A stretch of DNA of 47,150 nt from Nemertoderma westbladi (Eukaryota; Animalia; Xenacoelomorpha). Shown here in pieces: positions 1 to 13,005 of the stretch (positions are counted from its first letter, which is position 1; every line of letters begins with the position of its first letter). The notes below the pieces were generated by a model. That model searched no databases, was not told the DNA's origin, and saw nothing but the letters and a program-made list of their open reading frames with translations. A program made the translations under genes and the position numbers. The stretch is from assembly GCA_032718475.1 (NCBI GenBank), contig JAUCBJ010006021.1:1-47150 (forward strand), written 5' to 3'.

Positions 1-441
1 AGTAGGCCTACAGCAGTATGCAGTAGCAGTAATAGGCCTATAGAACCTACCCTACCACCTACCGGCTGACCGCAGGCAGCAGGACGACCCAGACGACCGG
101 TGCGGTGCCGTACAACACTGGCTGACTGGTGCTTACTGCTTAGATCGTGGCTTTTCCAGAAGGTAATATATCCCGATCGGGATATGTCAGGTCAGTGAAT
201 GTACATAACTGTCATTTACTACTGTATATTCTACTCTACTATGTAAAACTACAGTATTAGAGTAGGTATATTTCTGTATTTGGCTGTTTGGTGTTTGGAA
301 AACTAGAATGTCAATAAATATTATTAGAATGTGAAGTGAAGTCTGCACTGCTAACCAACTAAATCCACCTAAAAAAAACGTGAAGAAAATGAAACCAGGA
401 TGACAATGGCAGAATGGTAATGCATTCTGCCATTCGCCGAT

Positions 442-950
442 CAGTCGGTGAGAAGTCAAAAATTGGACTTCAAGTCCAATTTTAGACTTTAAGTCCAATT
501 TTGGACTCCAAAGTCCAATATTGGACTTTAGTACAACTCCAAGTGTACCCATGCTGCCATACTGTATATCGGTATTTAAATCAAAACTGCATCCCGTATC
601 ACAAAACATGTTCATGTTCAATTACCGGCACAACAGATTATTCAGTGTCATGCGCGAATCGGCAGTCGGTGAGAAGTCAAAAATTGGACTTGAGTCCAAA
701 ATTGGACTTCGACTCCAGTTCAAGTCCAAAATTGGACTTCTGTGAGTCCAATATTGGACTTCAAATCAGCCAATTGTTCCAGGGCCTTGGGTAATAGGAT
801 CGGGCGGGATTTTTTTTCTTTAATCGAAAATATATCAAAAAATAAGAGTTTTGAACAGGGGGACCTGAAATTCACCAGGGGGAACGTTTTTTATAAGGCT
901 TTGAATTTTTACAAAAGTCCAATATTGGACTTTAAGTCCAATTTTGGACG
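442..950. repeat. Array of short palindromic motifs (AAGTCCAA..TTGGACTT), probably subterminal repeats of a non-autonomous DNA transposon
   Basis: Repeated AGTCCAA(a/t)(a/t)TTGGACT palindromes at ~460-530, ~675-760 and ~915-948. CAGTCGGTGAGAAGTCAAAAATTGGACTT occurs twice (442, 663). Confidence 0.6.
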
Positions 951-1942
951 TGACATTGAGAATCGAACTTAAAGGTACATGAAGCATGACAGATGAGAGA
1001 CAGCCAGACAGCTGTTAAGTTATGGAAAGTTACCTTTGCAGCTCTGTATGCAGGTATGTATCTTCAGTGTACTGACTGTACTGTACTTAGAATATAATGG
1101 TACATTCTAGCATTCTAGGTACTTTGTACTTTACTTTTAGCATATTGTTTAGTTCACAATTTACATTCATGTTATGTCTAACCTTACAGACTGACAGACA
1201 GCCTTATGTACCCAGGACTTTATAGTTTATAGTGTCTTTAGGACTAGATTAGGTTATGCTCCAACAAATATTTAATTACAAATTATATTTGGTGGATACT
1301 GGTAGCAATGCCAGGTTAGCCAACTGCAGCTGCTGCTAAGGCTAACTACAATACAAGCTACGATTTCGTCTAAGGCTATGGGAGGCCTATCAGAAAGAAA
1401 TACTACAAGTTGATGCTACCACCATCTCTTCTAATTTTTCCATACAACAGGAAGGGTATTATAAAACAGTTGGATAACAGGATAATGAAATGGGATTAGT
1501 AACTGATTAACGCGTTGGCGTCTCCACATAATAAATACAGAAGTAACAAGTAACACACGTCATAATCATAAACCAATTGAGGGAAAGGAACATATTACAG
1601 AGGCAGGCTTTTCTAACTAAAACAATAAACGGCCACTTTTGACTTTACCAATTGAAGGAGCCCTATAACCTCACCACATACTACTACTACAATCGGCATG
1701 ATTCATTGCAGCTGCATTATATATAGCAGTATAGGCCCTATTATGTATTAAGAATGCTGTGCCGGCTTGTTGACAAAAGTTCGCCTCCACAACTCCCTTA
1801 CACTCTTACAGCCTTATCACCCATGACATTTGCTAGATCATCCGCATCTTCAAGGCCAGTGTCCTTTTAAGACAGTAAGAAAGATGCGTCTCAAGAAAGT
1901 CATGGGCTGTCCACCATGCTTATTCACTCCATGGGGTGCACT

Positions 1943-2105
1943 GGCTGGTCCTCACGGCTTAAAGCGATGTCCTGCAAAGCGGAGGCGGCTTTGTTCTAGT
2001 GTCAAGCTTGGGGGAACCAATGACTGAATGAGACACCTCCAACTCCAATGTTATATAGTGTCTGGTTGGAGATGCAGAGATGTGTGCATTGTACTTGACA
2101 CAGTG
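1943..2105 (+). repeat. Dispersed repeat, homologous to 37232-37360
   Basis: Shared GGCTGGTCCTCAC..AAAGCGGAGGCGGCTTTGT..AACCAATGA..CAATGTTATATAGTG..TGTGTGCATTGTACTTGACACA(G/A)TG, with indels. Confidence 0.75.
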
Positions 2106-3168
2106 CTGCAGTGAAGTGAACCTAATCAAAACAATTAGTCTGTAGTCTGTAGTCAATAAACATTAACTCAATAACATAATAGGTTACAGTTTACAGTTAG
2201 TCTTATTTTTGCCATACCGTACGAAAATACCACAGGTATGGCAGTATGGGTATGAATGAACTATACAGCTATAAATCAACTACGCTACCGCGGTATACAC
2301 CGCTAAGGCAGTAAGGCTACTGCAAAGCTATACCACTACCGCAAAAAGTAACCACTAATGTCTGACTGTACGTGTGCGATCCCTGTTTATAATACATATA
2401 ATAATTAATTTGATCATTAAAATAATGTTGCATTTTAATTATGTAATAGCCTATATATGTACTGATATGGTCTGCCGGTAGGCTAGGGCAGGACAGCCGA
2501 ACGTAATCAGGATCGAATGTAACATAGTTATTTCGTATCGAACGTAACTGCAATTATGTTACATTGGATCCTATAACTATGTTACATTCGATCTACAAAT
2601 TACTAAGCTCGAATGTAACATTGCCATTTACAAATTTAAAGGAGCAGGTTACAGAGGCGTGTTGGGGGAACCAAAACAATAAACGAAAGTTTAACAGATG
2701 TTACAAGTAGGGTTCAACAGAAGGCACTTTATGGCAGTCAGGGAGATCATCAATTTTGGGGTTACCCCAAATTTCGAATTCTGGTAATAGACTGTCGAAA
2801 ATTGGGGTTTTTTGTTCAAATTTGAGGTATTTTTAGGCTCATAATATCGAGTGTTGCTGCGACTTAGGGAAACTGTTGGAGCAACTTCTACTTTTAATAT
2901 GTTAAAATATAATGTAAAATAAGAACTTTTATCGATGCAATAAAATATTTCACCGATGCAAACATGGTTTTATTGGGGGCAAAAATTGAAATTTGAGGTT
3001 AAACCTCAAATTTGAGACTAAACCTCAAATTTCGCCAGTCTTTACAACATCACCAGCCTGCTAGCAGTAGGGTGTAGCAGTAGGCTTTGCTGCTTAGCAG
3101 CTTAGTGCTTATAGAGCATGGTGAGAATGGGTGACCTGACCAGTGTAACCTGTGACATGACATGTATG

Positions 3169-4069
3169 CCAGGTTGGAATTCATGCATGAGTGCGCAGGT
3201 ACGCTTTGTTGTTTTGAAATCACCGCGCACCTGAAATTGGCTCGTCGCGCACCTCATCATATGTCATAATCCAAACAAAATCGCGCAGCTCATGTCATGC
3301 ATATCTCAAAAAATCGCACAGTTCATAAGAACAATTTTACATTCCTATTTTACAAGTTTGAGCGTTTTAAGCTTATCTTTACGTCTGTCTGTCTGTACGT
3401 TGAATCTAGGCTTACATAATAAATGTAATGTTTGCAACATCAAAATTGTTAATATTAAAAAATATTTTTTTAATCCACTACTATGGTGGCCCATCGGGCT
3501 CACTGCTTTTATAACAGAAAATATTATTTTAGATTACAAACAAAACATGTACCGGTAATTTCAAAAAAACGAATATTGAAATAGGTACCAGTCTGCCAAT
3601 AATACTTTGTATAGGCCTACCAAACAATTAGGCTTAAACATACAGTTGGCTTATAATTAAGTCATACTTATAATACATTGTTACTTTCTGACTTTACCTG
3701 TTTACTAAGTAACATCGGCATAGCATAGACCTAATAACAATACAACAATAGAGTACTGTAGTTAAAATAAATAGACAAATTCAGCTCCGGTTGCCGGTAT
3801 TACAGTATTATGGTGAAGTGATTTGACTGTTTGAAGAATTGGAAATGAGAAACTAATGCGAGCGTAGAGAGCGAAATTTTTTTGTGTATTTTCGTGATTT
3901 CAATTAATTTGTGGTGCGCATCAGAGGCAGAGCTGCGCGCTGAGGCGCAACGCGCACCTGTCTCACACCCGAACGCGCACCTGTCTCACCCAAACGCGCA
4001 ACGCGCATCTGGTTTGCGGTCATTCGCGCAGGTACGCGTCCGAGTTTTGCAGCATGAATTCCAACCTGG
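3169..4069. mobile_element. hAT MITE (901 bp)
   Basis: TIR CCAGGTTGGAATTCATGC. 8-bp TSD CATGTATG (3161-3168, 4070-4077). GCGCA subterminal motifs. Confidence 0.9.
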
Positions 4070-4789
4070 CATGTATGCAGGGTAGGCAAAACCTTACAGC
4101 ACAGCAACTTACAGTCAATAACTTTAATGATTGTTAACTCCCTTAGTGATTGGTGATAAAAATGCAGAAGACTAGACAGCTAGAGAAATTCGCTATCCGT
4201 ACAGCTTTACTGTTGGTAAGAAGAATAGTAGACCAAATTCTCACTGTTGCGAGATTCAAGCTCACACAGCTGCACAGTCACAGACACAGGAAGGCCTACT
4301 ATATCTTGTAGATGTTGAATCAATTCCAGAATTTGGAAGTTTACATATTCTGGCATTCATCGGTTCTGTTCATCATTCATATCACACATCTTCGGAAAGA
4401 AATATGGGTTTCTGGTTGTTGATGTCCTCTTGAAAACTTTGTATATCAAATGAAGCCATTCCTCTCCTGACAGCCTGAAGACTGATGTAATATTCGCCTT
4501 CCCTAGCTCTATCTGTCAATTGGAATACTGTACCATCATTCTTCCACAGATTGGAGCCCATTTCTAGACAAATGTTGCCGTAAAGGTTGATGTGGTTTAT
4601 ACAATATATGTGGACTTGATTATTTTGTTAGTTATTCTATACGACTGGAGACTCTAAAGTTGGAACCACTCCCTCCCTACTGCAGTATACATCAATTAAA
4701 GTTCAATTTGATAATGTGCTTTAAACTTATACCGGTATGTAAAGATCTAAACCTGATCCTCCATTACAACAATGTGCAACATCCTCGCA

Positions 4790-5045
4790 GACTATTTTAA
4801 TACCCCAGCCAGACATCCAATGCAATCATGACCTGGTCATATATATAAAATTATGAAGCAAAGGCCATGACCCGCCCATCTGCCCATGTCTGCATGTTCC
4901 ATACATCACCTATTCTTTATCAGGGTCATTAACATATGGAACATGCTGGACCTGGAACACAGTAGAAACATCATCATCACTAATCGCTATTCTTTTAAAC
5001 AGTCTTTAGACTCTGCTTTCTTATCAAGACATCTGAAATGTTTTA
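4790..5045 (+). mobile_element. CR1/L2-type LINE ORF2 3' fragment (degenerate)
   Basis: Translation HLFFIRVINIWNML...YSFKQSLDSAFL matches the CR1-clade C-terminal FFSxRVxNxWNxL...SFKxxLD motif. A frameshifted DL..YKIM lies upstream. Confidence 0.7.
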
Positions 5046-5321
5046 GAAATCTAAGTGACTGTTTGTTTATACTATACATACATACATACATCCTTTTAAA
5101 TTGACCTTATGAGGAACCAGAATCATTTATAACTTGGGCAAAAAGTATAACCTTTTTCACTAACCTATTCTCGAGGCTTTATCTCATCTCTGGAGTACAC
5201 CTTGCAGGCACTAAAGTTGCATTGCAATAGTGTGTTGGGATGGATTTTTCTCAAATTTCGATCAATAATTTTGATCAACACATTCAATGAAATTTTAGAA
5301 ATTCCACCAAAAATATTTTGG

Positions 5322-5576
5322 CACTTGTGTCAAATCAAATAGGTGACCCTCCTAATCTGCTAATCCTGAAATTACCAGCTAATCCTGAAATTTAGTGCAG
5401 GTGATATCAATATTCCTAACTCTTGTTTATTGTTTTTTGATTACTTTCAACTCACCTCTGTAACCTGCTCCTTTGCTAACCCTGTAACCGGGCACTAGTG
5501 AAAGTGACTTTAGTTTCTAGGTGATTTCAGGATTAGCAGATTACGAGCTAGCAGGGTCCCCTATTTGACACAAGTG
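5322..5576. mobile_element. Small inverted-repeat MITE-like element
   Basis: Ends CACTTGTGTCAAAT..AGGTGACCCT / AGGGTCCCCTATTTGACACAAGTG. Inner TAATCTGCTAATCCTGAAAT inverted pair. No TSD resolved. Confidence 0.55.
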
Positions 5577-6832
5577 ACAATGTTTTATTTTACTTTTTTT
5601 TACCAGGAGAAAAAGTAAAATCAATGCAAAATTATGGCTCTATGGTACATTATTATGTGGCAATATTATTGCAGGTTGCTGTGTTGCCGACTTTGCAAAA
5701 GCTGTGCCCAACAAAAAGTTACAATATTCAGATAATATGGGGACAACGTTTTCCCTACCAGTAGGGAAAAAAAGTAAGCCTACTACTTTTTCTCCCGATT
5801 TTAGGGCATATTCAAGCAAAAAAGTAACAATATAAAAATATAAGTCTTTAGGCTCTATACTTCGTTTTATATGCCTACCATCTGATCATACCACCCCACT
5901 GCACCCCTACCCAGTAGCCTTTTTAAGTATAAGCATTTTTAAACTAATACTGAATATGTTTTAAATATTATATTTCACAATCACAACACTCAGACACTAG
6001 GCCTACATCAGTTTATTTTTTTACATTTGCAATACAGTAACAAACTAACAACTACTGAACTAGGCCAACTATGACTTCTGTCTGTATCTGACTATGCTGC
6101 TATGAAATTCAAATTTGGGGTAAAACTCAAATTTAGAGAATTAACCTAACCTTGTATTAAATTTGAGGTAATTCCAAAATTGGGTCTATAATTTGAAATT
6201 TGAGGTATTCTCAAATTTGATGATCTCCCTGACTGTATGGAGCCGAACCGAACCGAACCGAAGCAGGGCCAACTTCGGGCCGAACCGAACCGAATCTGAA
6301 CCGAAGTTCTGAAATTTAGCAAGTTATGGTCATAAATTCGTATTTACGTCACTATACTGGCTGACTGGCAGTGGCAGACTGGTACCTAATTGGTCTGTGG
6401 ACTTAGCGAGAAAGCTATGATTAATTAAAAAAATAAGTACTACAAAATAAAATGGCAATATTTACATTACTGTACATTACTAACCTAAACTACTGTATAC
6501 TTACTTTATGCATGCACTTACTGTATATGCAGTATGCACCACATTTTCACCCGTAGTAAGCCGTACAGTAGTAACATCAAATTTAAAAAACCTCACTAAA
6601 AGTACAGGTAGTCTTTCCGTCTTTGTAATACTATTTATATGAGATAGTAGGTATATTTGGTATTATGTATCAAAGTTATGATTAATTAAAAATTAGGTAC
6701 TACAAAGTAAAATTGCAAAATTTAGCCTAACCTAAACTACTATATAATTAAGCTAATTTTGAAACTACCCAAGTAACCTGTAAACAATTACAAAAATAAT
6801 GCCATTTAAATGGAAGTTCAGTCCAAAATTAA

Positions 6833-8781
6833 GGGTGTAAACGTTAAGCAGACAGTGGTGCAGATTGCAGAAACCTGGTGCGGCCAGTGGTGCAGACACT
6901 GGTGCAGACAGTGGTGCAGCGTGCAGACAGTGGTGCAGCGTGCAGACAGTGGTGCAGACACCTGGTGCGGACAGTGGTGCAGACAGTGGTGCAGACAGTG
7001 GTGCAGACAGTGGTGCAGACAGTGGTGCAGACAGTGGTGCAGACCCTTGTGCAGACCCTTGTGCAGACAGTGGTGCAGACATTGGTGCAGACAGACGTGC
7101 CGACACTGGTGCAGACAGTGGTTCAGACACTTGTGCAGACAGTGGTGCAGACACCTGGTGAAAATACTGAAATACCAGAGTACCACAAAACACAATACCA
7201 CCAGGCACTATTATATTATATTTTATCATAGACTTTATTATCTACAAATATGCGAGTAACTACTGAAAGGTTCTACATGAAGTAGGGAGGACGTATGTAG
7301 TACAAGCTGACAAGTCGAGGTGCGTGCGGGTGAATGTGCCCTGATTACAAATAATTATAAGAGGTGTGTACGAAAGTAATTAAGTGCAGACTGCACCAGG
7401 TGCCTGCACCACTGTCTGCTCCACTGCCTACACCAGTGTCTGCACCACTGTCTGCCCCAGTGTCTGCACCCCTGTCTGCACCAGTGTCTGCACCACTATC
7501 TGCACCACTGTCTGCACCACCGTCTGCACCACTGTCTGCACCACTGACTGCACCACTGTCTGCACCAGTGTCTGACCACTGTCTGCACCCAGGTTGGAAT
7601 TTATGTAGAGTTTGCTCAACATGTGTGGCGCGGATTAAGGATCCTGGCGCGTAGTGACAGGGGCGTGTGGCGCGGATTAAGGATCTTGGCGCGTAGTGAC
7701 AGGGGCGTGTGGCGCGCATTGAGGATCCTGGCGGTCCTGGCGCGAATATGGATGTAGGGTGTAGGGTTAGGTTGGGACAGTAGGAGGTAGCGTAGCAGTG
7801 CACTAGCAACACATCCCACTCTACGGCTCTATCTGTCTATTTGAAATTATTCCATAGGTTTAAAAAGATTGAAAAATGTCCGCTCGCTTCGCTCGCGTTT
7901 ATACTGTAAATCTACTCTTAGTACTGTCTGGCTGTGGACAAATGGAAACGGACAGATTGCGCATGACCATTAAAAACATGACTTATTGTTTCAAAAGTTT
8001 TTCAATTGTCAGATTCTTCAAACCAATAAAACCATGAAAGCCTGCATGATTCAGCAGAATTTCCGTGCTCGCTACGCTCGCAATTTACCGGTAATGACAT
8101 CTGCATTTCTGCATTTGAAAACAGTCGGATTGCCTACTTTAAATGCTGAAATGTTAAAATTTTCGTGCTCGCTACGCTCGCATCTTCATCACATCTGCAT
8201 TTAAAAACAGTCAGTTGACGTTGACCTACTACTACTACTACTACTACAACTACAGCACTATCTGACTATTACTGTCAGACTGTATTTATGTTAACATAAT
8301 TGGAAAATTTCCTTGCTCGCTACGCTCGCATTTTAATGTTAACATACTGCAGTACTGTAGGGCTACAGAATTCAGGAATTATAAACTGATAAATTATTAC
8401 AATTAAGCAATTACTGCAAAATTTCATAGTCAATTGTTGGCTTGGCGCGCATTAGATATCATGGCTGGCGCGATTTTCGTTTAACCAGAACGCGTGTGGC
8501 GCGCTTTTTGTCAGTATTCCATATAGGGTCTGCACCAGTGTCTGCAACACTGTCTGCACCAGTGTCTGCAACACTGTCTGCACCAGTGTCTGCAGCACTG
8601 TCTGCACCAGGTGTCTGCACCAGTGTCTGCACCACTCTGCACTACTGTCTGCACCAGTGCGTGCATCACTGTCTGCACCAGGTGTCTGCACCACTGTCTG
8701 CATCTCTGTCTGCACCACTGTCTGCATCTCAGTCTGCACCACTGTCTGCTCTGCACCAGTGTCTGCTTAACGTTTACACTC
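6833..8781. mobile_element. Foldback/MULE-like element whose TIR arms are 12-bp minisatellites (GTGGTGCAGACA)n
   Basis: Termini G(G/A)GTGTAAACGTTAAGCAGAC inverted. Flanks CAAAATTAA / CAAAACTAA (9-bp TSD, 1 mismatch). Left arm 6850-7160; inverted right arm 7390-7588 plus 8528-8766. Confidence 0.8.
7589..8527. mobile_element. hAT-like MITE inserted in the minisatellite arm
   Basis: Left end CCAGGTTGGAAT (as in 3169-4069); imperfect right end ATTCCATATAGG. GTCTGCAC on both sides (ambiguous within a repeat). Internal GCTCGCTACGCTCGC and TGGCGCG repeats. Confidence 0.6.
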
Positions 8782-9821
8782 CAAAACTAATTAGTACAAC
8801 CTGACAACGATGGACAGATTGATTAGTCTTACTGTCTTCTGGTCTTAGCTCAATCAGTCAATGTAATATTTGGAATATTTAGCAAAGTTTGCTCCGGGCT
8901 TCTGCAGTATCAATTGCAGAAGCCGAACCGAACCGAAATTGCCAAACTTCGGCCCGAACCGAACCGAAGCCGAAGCTTCTGTTGAGCCCTAGTTACAAGA
9001 TTATGCAGGTTACTTTTATTTAAAGGCTGAAAGGAGCAGGTTATAGAGGCGTGTTGGGGGAACCAAAACAATAAACGAAAGTTAACACATGTTACAAGAT
9101 TGCAGGTCACTTAATTGTGTCTTGGGTCTTTGTTTTGTACTCACCAACACCAAACTGTTTCTTCCTGTAAATAAACGAAGCATTTCATCGGTTAACTCCT
9201 GAAATCAAAACACAACTGAAATAAATGTATGGTACATTCGAGCTTAGTAATTTGTAGATCGAATGTAACATAGTTATAGGATCCAATGTAACATAATTGA
9301 GGTTACGTTCGATTCGTAAAAACTATGTTACATTCGATCCTGATTACGTTCGGTCTGTCACCCGCTAGGGCAGTACTGCAGTATGCAGTAGGGCAGTACT
9401 GCAGTAGGGCAGTACTGCAGTATGCAGTAGGGCAGTACGTCAGTATGGCCTACTGCTTTAATGTTGACTACTAAACAAACACGTCAGTTCAGCAGGTTCT
9501 GTTCAGCCCTGCATTTCAATTTGCGACAACGACAGGTGCACGGACAGACGGATCCGGCGCTATGTGCATGTGCAACGCCAGGCAGGCACCAGGCAATAAA
9601 GTGCTGTGTGTGCCGGGCTATGGCGTCTCAAAATTATCAAAATCATAACAATTACTTGTAAGTAATTGTTATGATTTTGATAATAATTATTATAGTTACT
9701 TTGAAATAATATAATACCAGTGTAGTGTAAATATGTATAACACTCAGGAAAATATTTAAATCACTTATGAAAATATTTAAATCACTCATGAAATATTTAA
9801 AAGATGTCGAATTATTATCAG

Positions 9822-10067
9822 ATTATTGCGGCAATAAATAATTGTTGCGGCAATAAATAATTGTTGCGTCAATAAATAATTATTGCGGCAATAAATAATT
9901 ATTGCGGAAATAAATAATTATTGCGGCAATAAATAATTATTGCGGCAATAAATAATTATTGCGGCAATAAATAATTATTGCGGCAATAAATAATTATTGC
10001 GGCAATAAATAATTATTGCGGCAATAAATAATTATTGCGGCAATACATAATTAATGCGGCAATAAAT
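9822..10067. repeat. 19-bp palindromic minisatellite (TATTGCGGCAATAAATAAT)n, about 12-13 copies
   Basis: Directly visible tandem units. Confidence 0.95.
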
Positions 10068-10068
10068 A

Positions 10069-10251
10069 TGGCCCTATGGGTTAAGGCGCCGCTCCTTTTT
10101 ACACTATTGGTAGCTGGTGCAGGTTCGAATTCAACATAAAGGCTATTATTATTTCGTTCAATCTTTGGAGGGTGGAGGGTCAAGGGAGCCAGCCTCAGTT
10201 TCACATTCACTTCACACCTGTGAGTGGTAACGAAAAGATTTCATTGGTTGC
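10069..10251 (+). mobile_element. Degenerate tRNA-derived SINE head; insertion site of the LTR element
   Basis: A-box-like TGGCCCTATGGGTTAAGGCG and B-box GGTTCGAATTC (10122-10132). No complete cloverleaf. Confidence 0.5.
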
Positions 10252-11497
10252 TGTAAAAGCTTTTGCGGGATATAACTGGCCCTTTTCTCCGCAATGTACT
10301 GTGTAAGGTGTTTTTAGAGGACATAACTAGCGATTTATCCGCTGTGTCTGCATATGTGCTTTAGCGGACATAAAAAGCCAGTTTTTCCCACAATGCGCTC
10401 AAATACTCTAAACTACCTAACTCAAATGACGCAATCTACCAACCTATTTGCTGTACGCCTATAGGCTCTTTGTTCTGTTCGATCAACCAATCAGAACAAT
10501 GATCCACCAATCAGAGCGATTTCGCCTTGTGTTGAATATGGGCTGCAAAAACCCGAATAGTTCGGCATTTAGACATTCGTGGAACCTACAGAATCTGGAA
10601 CTCGGCCAATGAGAGCTGTTTCTCTTTGTGTTGAAAGATACCTACAACAGCCCAGAGGGATCAGTTGTGTTGGTTTTCCCGAGCCTAGAAGACTGGCTTT
10701 GGAATCTCTGTTGTTTCAGACTTTAGCCCTACATTAGTAGGCTTAATTATAGAACGTATATCTGTTATCTTAACAAATCAATCATAACATAACATATCAT
10801 AACCATTCATACCTTAACATTTGTACTGCTATTTACTGTCGGTTATTCATTATATCAGTTGATGGAATATTATTATATTTGGAATACCGATAAATAATTA
10901 CAAAACCCTCAATCTTCTTGATATACTGAAGGTAAGAGAGACCGGTTACATATAACGATTGCGACTTACATTAAAGTGGTTTTGAAGTGAATCTAATGCT
11001 ATTTCATAGGCACTATATGTATTGGTTGTTGTTCTCTTTATATGTGACTAAAATTATTGAAGGTCGGCAGATCGGTGTGCAGCATTGTGCAGTATTGTGT
11101 ATGATTGTGACTGATAACAAAGCATCTCCTAAAGAATGCGCCATATACGTGAATCTATAGCCATCCCGTTGTGTCTAGTTTAAGTCATAACTCTGTTTAC
11201 ATATTTAGAGCGCCACGTCCTAAAGGAACTGTTAATATTTCCCGAAAGTGAATAATATTTGTCAGAGATTATATATATTACGATCAGTCGAATAATACAG
11301 TAGGCCTACACCGCAATAAGGTTAGGCTTCCGAATCCAGTCTCCCGGGTATATCCAGCGGGTGAATGGTCGCGCATAGACTGGCTTCGGCTAATGTAGTG
11401 TATCAAATACTCGTCATAGGCTAAAGTCGATTTATTATCTAGAAGACATCCAAATTTGGCAGGTTAAACTGCTAAAGGTCTGAAAGCGCGAACAATA
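10252..11497 (+). repeat. 5' LTR (portion matching the 3' LTR; true end may lie further right)
   Basis: 1246 bp aligning to 22182-23420 with about 7 substitutions and 3 indels by eye. Three CCAAT(C/G)AGA boxes at 10487, 10507 and ~10606. Confidence 0.92.
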
Positions 11498-13005
11498 ACA
11501 GATATAGCTTCTGGATTGCAGTAGGCAATAAAGCTGAAGTACCGGCCAACCGGTACCCAGTAGGCTTGACTACCTAACCACCCGGACCGGTACTTACAGC
11601 AGTACAGGTACAGCAGTATTATTCGATTTTGATAATTGTATACCGGTAGGCCCTAATATTTAATCAGGGACTGCAGCCCTGGTTTTTATTGGGATTTTAC
11701 TTATTTCTGTCAGTTTTATTTACTTGTAGGTTAATATTGAGCAGAAGACGTGTAAGCCTGCCCAGATTATACAGATAATTTGTAGGCTGGACTGTTGTCT
11801 GACTGTTGTTAAGTCTGAGGAGATTGTAGTGTGTGTAGAGCGTATGTCCGAAAAAGTACTAGTTAGGAAAGTAGGGGCTTCCAGTGCTGTGAGGTAAACC
11901 CCCTCGAAAGAATAAGTCGTCCTACTCGGTTAGAACGCATACTAACTAACCATTTCGGAGTCTGCATATACCGTATTTTGTTTAGGCTTGATAGTAGTCT
12001 GTCAGTATTTGGTCTGCATTTTGTTTGAGTAGTCTGTACGCGTAGCGTAATATTTATTAATCAGAGTTTATGCGATTATTCGCAACATTCATATCCCCAA
12101 GTTTATTCCTACAGTAATTGTGCTTGTTATATATACCGTTATAGTTAAATTAACCCCGGTACTACATCAGGGCTGCTTGGCGTAGGTAAAGACTGGTGAT
12201 TTTGTGCCCCGGTCACTCCAGCAGATACCGTGGTTCTTTTAGCTGTTCAAGTATTTTTAACTACTGATTATTGGTTGTATAAGTACTTGTACCTAATTTA
12301 GGGTTTAGTGTACAGTGCTTTCCGAAGGTAATTAGTGTGTAGGCAGTATATTTGTGTTGTAAAGTGGTTAATAGGCACGTTGGTTCTGGTAGACCGCGGT
12401 AATTAACTTCTAGGTAGGAACACTCCGTGATACATAACGTAGTACTTATAGCGATACGGCTATAAGTCGTCAGATGGTGATATTTTTCCTATCTGGACAA
12501 CGCAGTATATTTACTACTACTTATTATTTTCAAATACCGTAGTACCCTATCCGTTGTAATAACCAGACAATCTAACCCTTTGTTAGGCTGGTTTGTAGAC
12601 TTCTTATAAAATTACCCTAAAAATTCGTACGTGTAATTTTTGTGTTTATTTAGAGATTGTAATCTCACCCCGAATTGTACGTAATTTGTAGTATTAAGTA
12701 ACTTAGGTAAATTAGAATTATTTGTTTTAGTGTCCAACAAGTAGCACTTCACTGAGAGCGTACAGCTTCTGTGCGGTGACTCCTTCCCAGAAATAATACA
12801 TTTATTTCAAATATTGACAAAACCCATAAAACGGGTAGATATATTATAAATCAACTCAAACCGATTTATAAATAGTAGGCCTGTCATACAACAATTAGGT
12901 CCTAATATCAGTTGGACTACTGCTTAAATAACGGTAATCAAGCAAAGTAAAGTAACCAAGTAACCCCTAAAAGTCAGAAATTTAATTATTCTAAAATAAT
13001 TGACA

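Larger units (their letters stand above)
2735..6235. mobile_element. TIR DNA element with 5-bp TSD (superfamily unclear)
   Basis: TIR CAGTCAGGGAGATCATCAA / TTGATGATCTCCCTGACTG. TATGG at 2730-2734 and 6236-6240. Subterminal CAAATTTGAGG palindromic motifs at both ends. Confidence 0.75.
2708..8991. mobile_element. hAT non-autonomous element carrying nested insertions
   Basis: TIR TAGGG(T/C)TCAACAGAAG. 8-bp TSD GTTACAAG (2700-2707, 8992-8999). Subterminal CCGAA repeats at 6241-6310 and 8920-8975. Confidence 0.85.
2491..9363. mobile_element. Mutator-like (MULE) non-autonomous element, ~0.58 kb when empty; outermost layer of a nest
   Basis: ~130-bp inverted repeats (2491-2620 vs 9232-9363: CCGAACGTAATCAGGATCGAATGTAACATAG...). 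Flanking direct repeat GCTAGGGCA at 2482-2490 and 9364-9372 (9-bp TSD). Confidence 0.75.

Noticed and set aside
4390-4620. Minus-strand frame HINLYGNICLEM resembling a ubiquitin E2 active site
   Set aside because: Lacks the HPN motif and downstream E2 features; short and inside a transposon.
6765-8804. Many Cys/Gln/Ala-rich ORFs (CRQW, SAPL, VVQT, ADSG repeats)
   Set aside because: They are translations of a stop-free 12-bp minisatellite in nearly all frames, inside a transposon.
9822-10067. Possible CRISPR array (palindromic repeats)
   Set aside because: No unique spacers, no cas genes, and a eukaryotic context. The same applies to 442-950 and 43178-45962.
10069-10140. Functional tRNA gene
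   Set aside because: A/B boxes are present but acceptor and anticodon stems do not form; treated as a SINE head.
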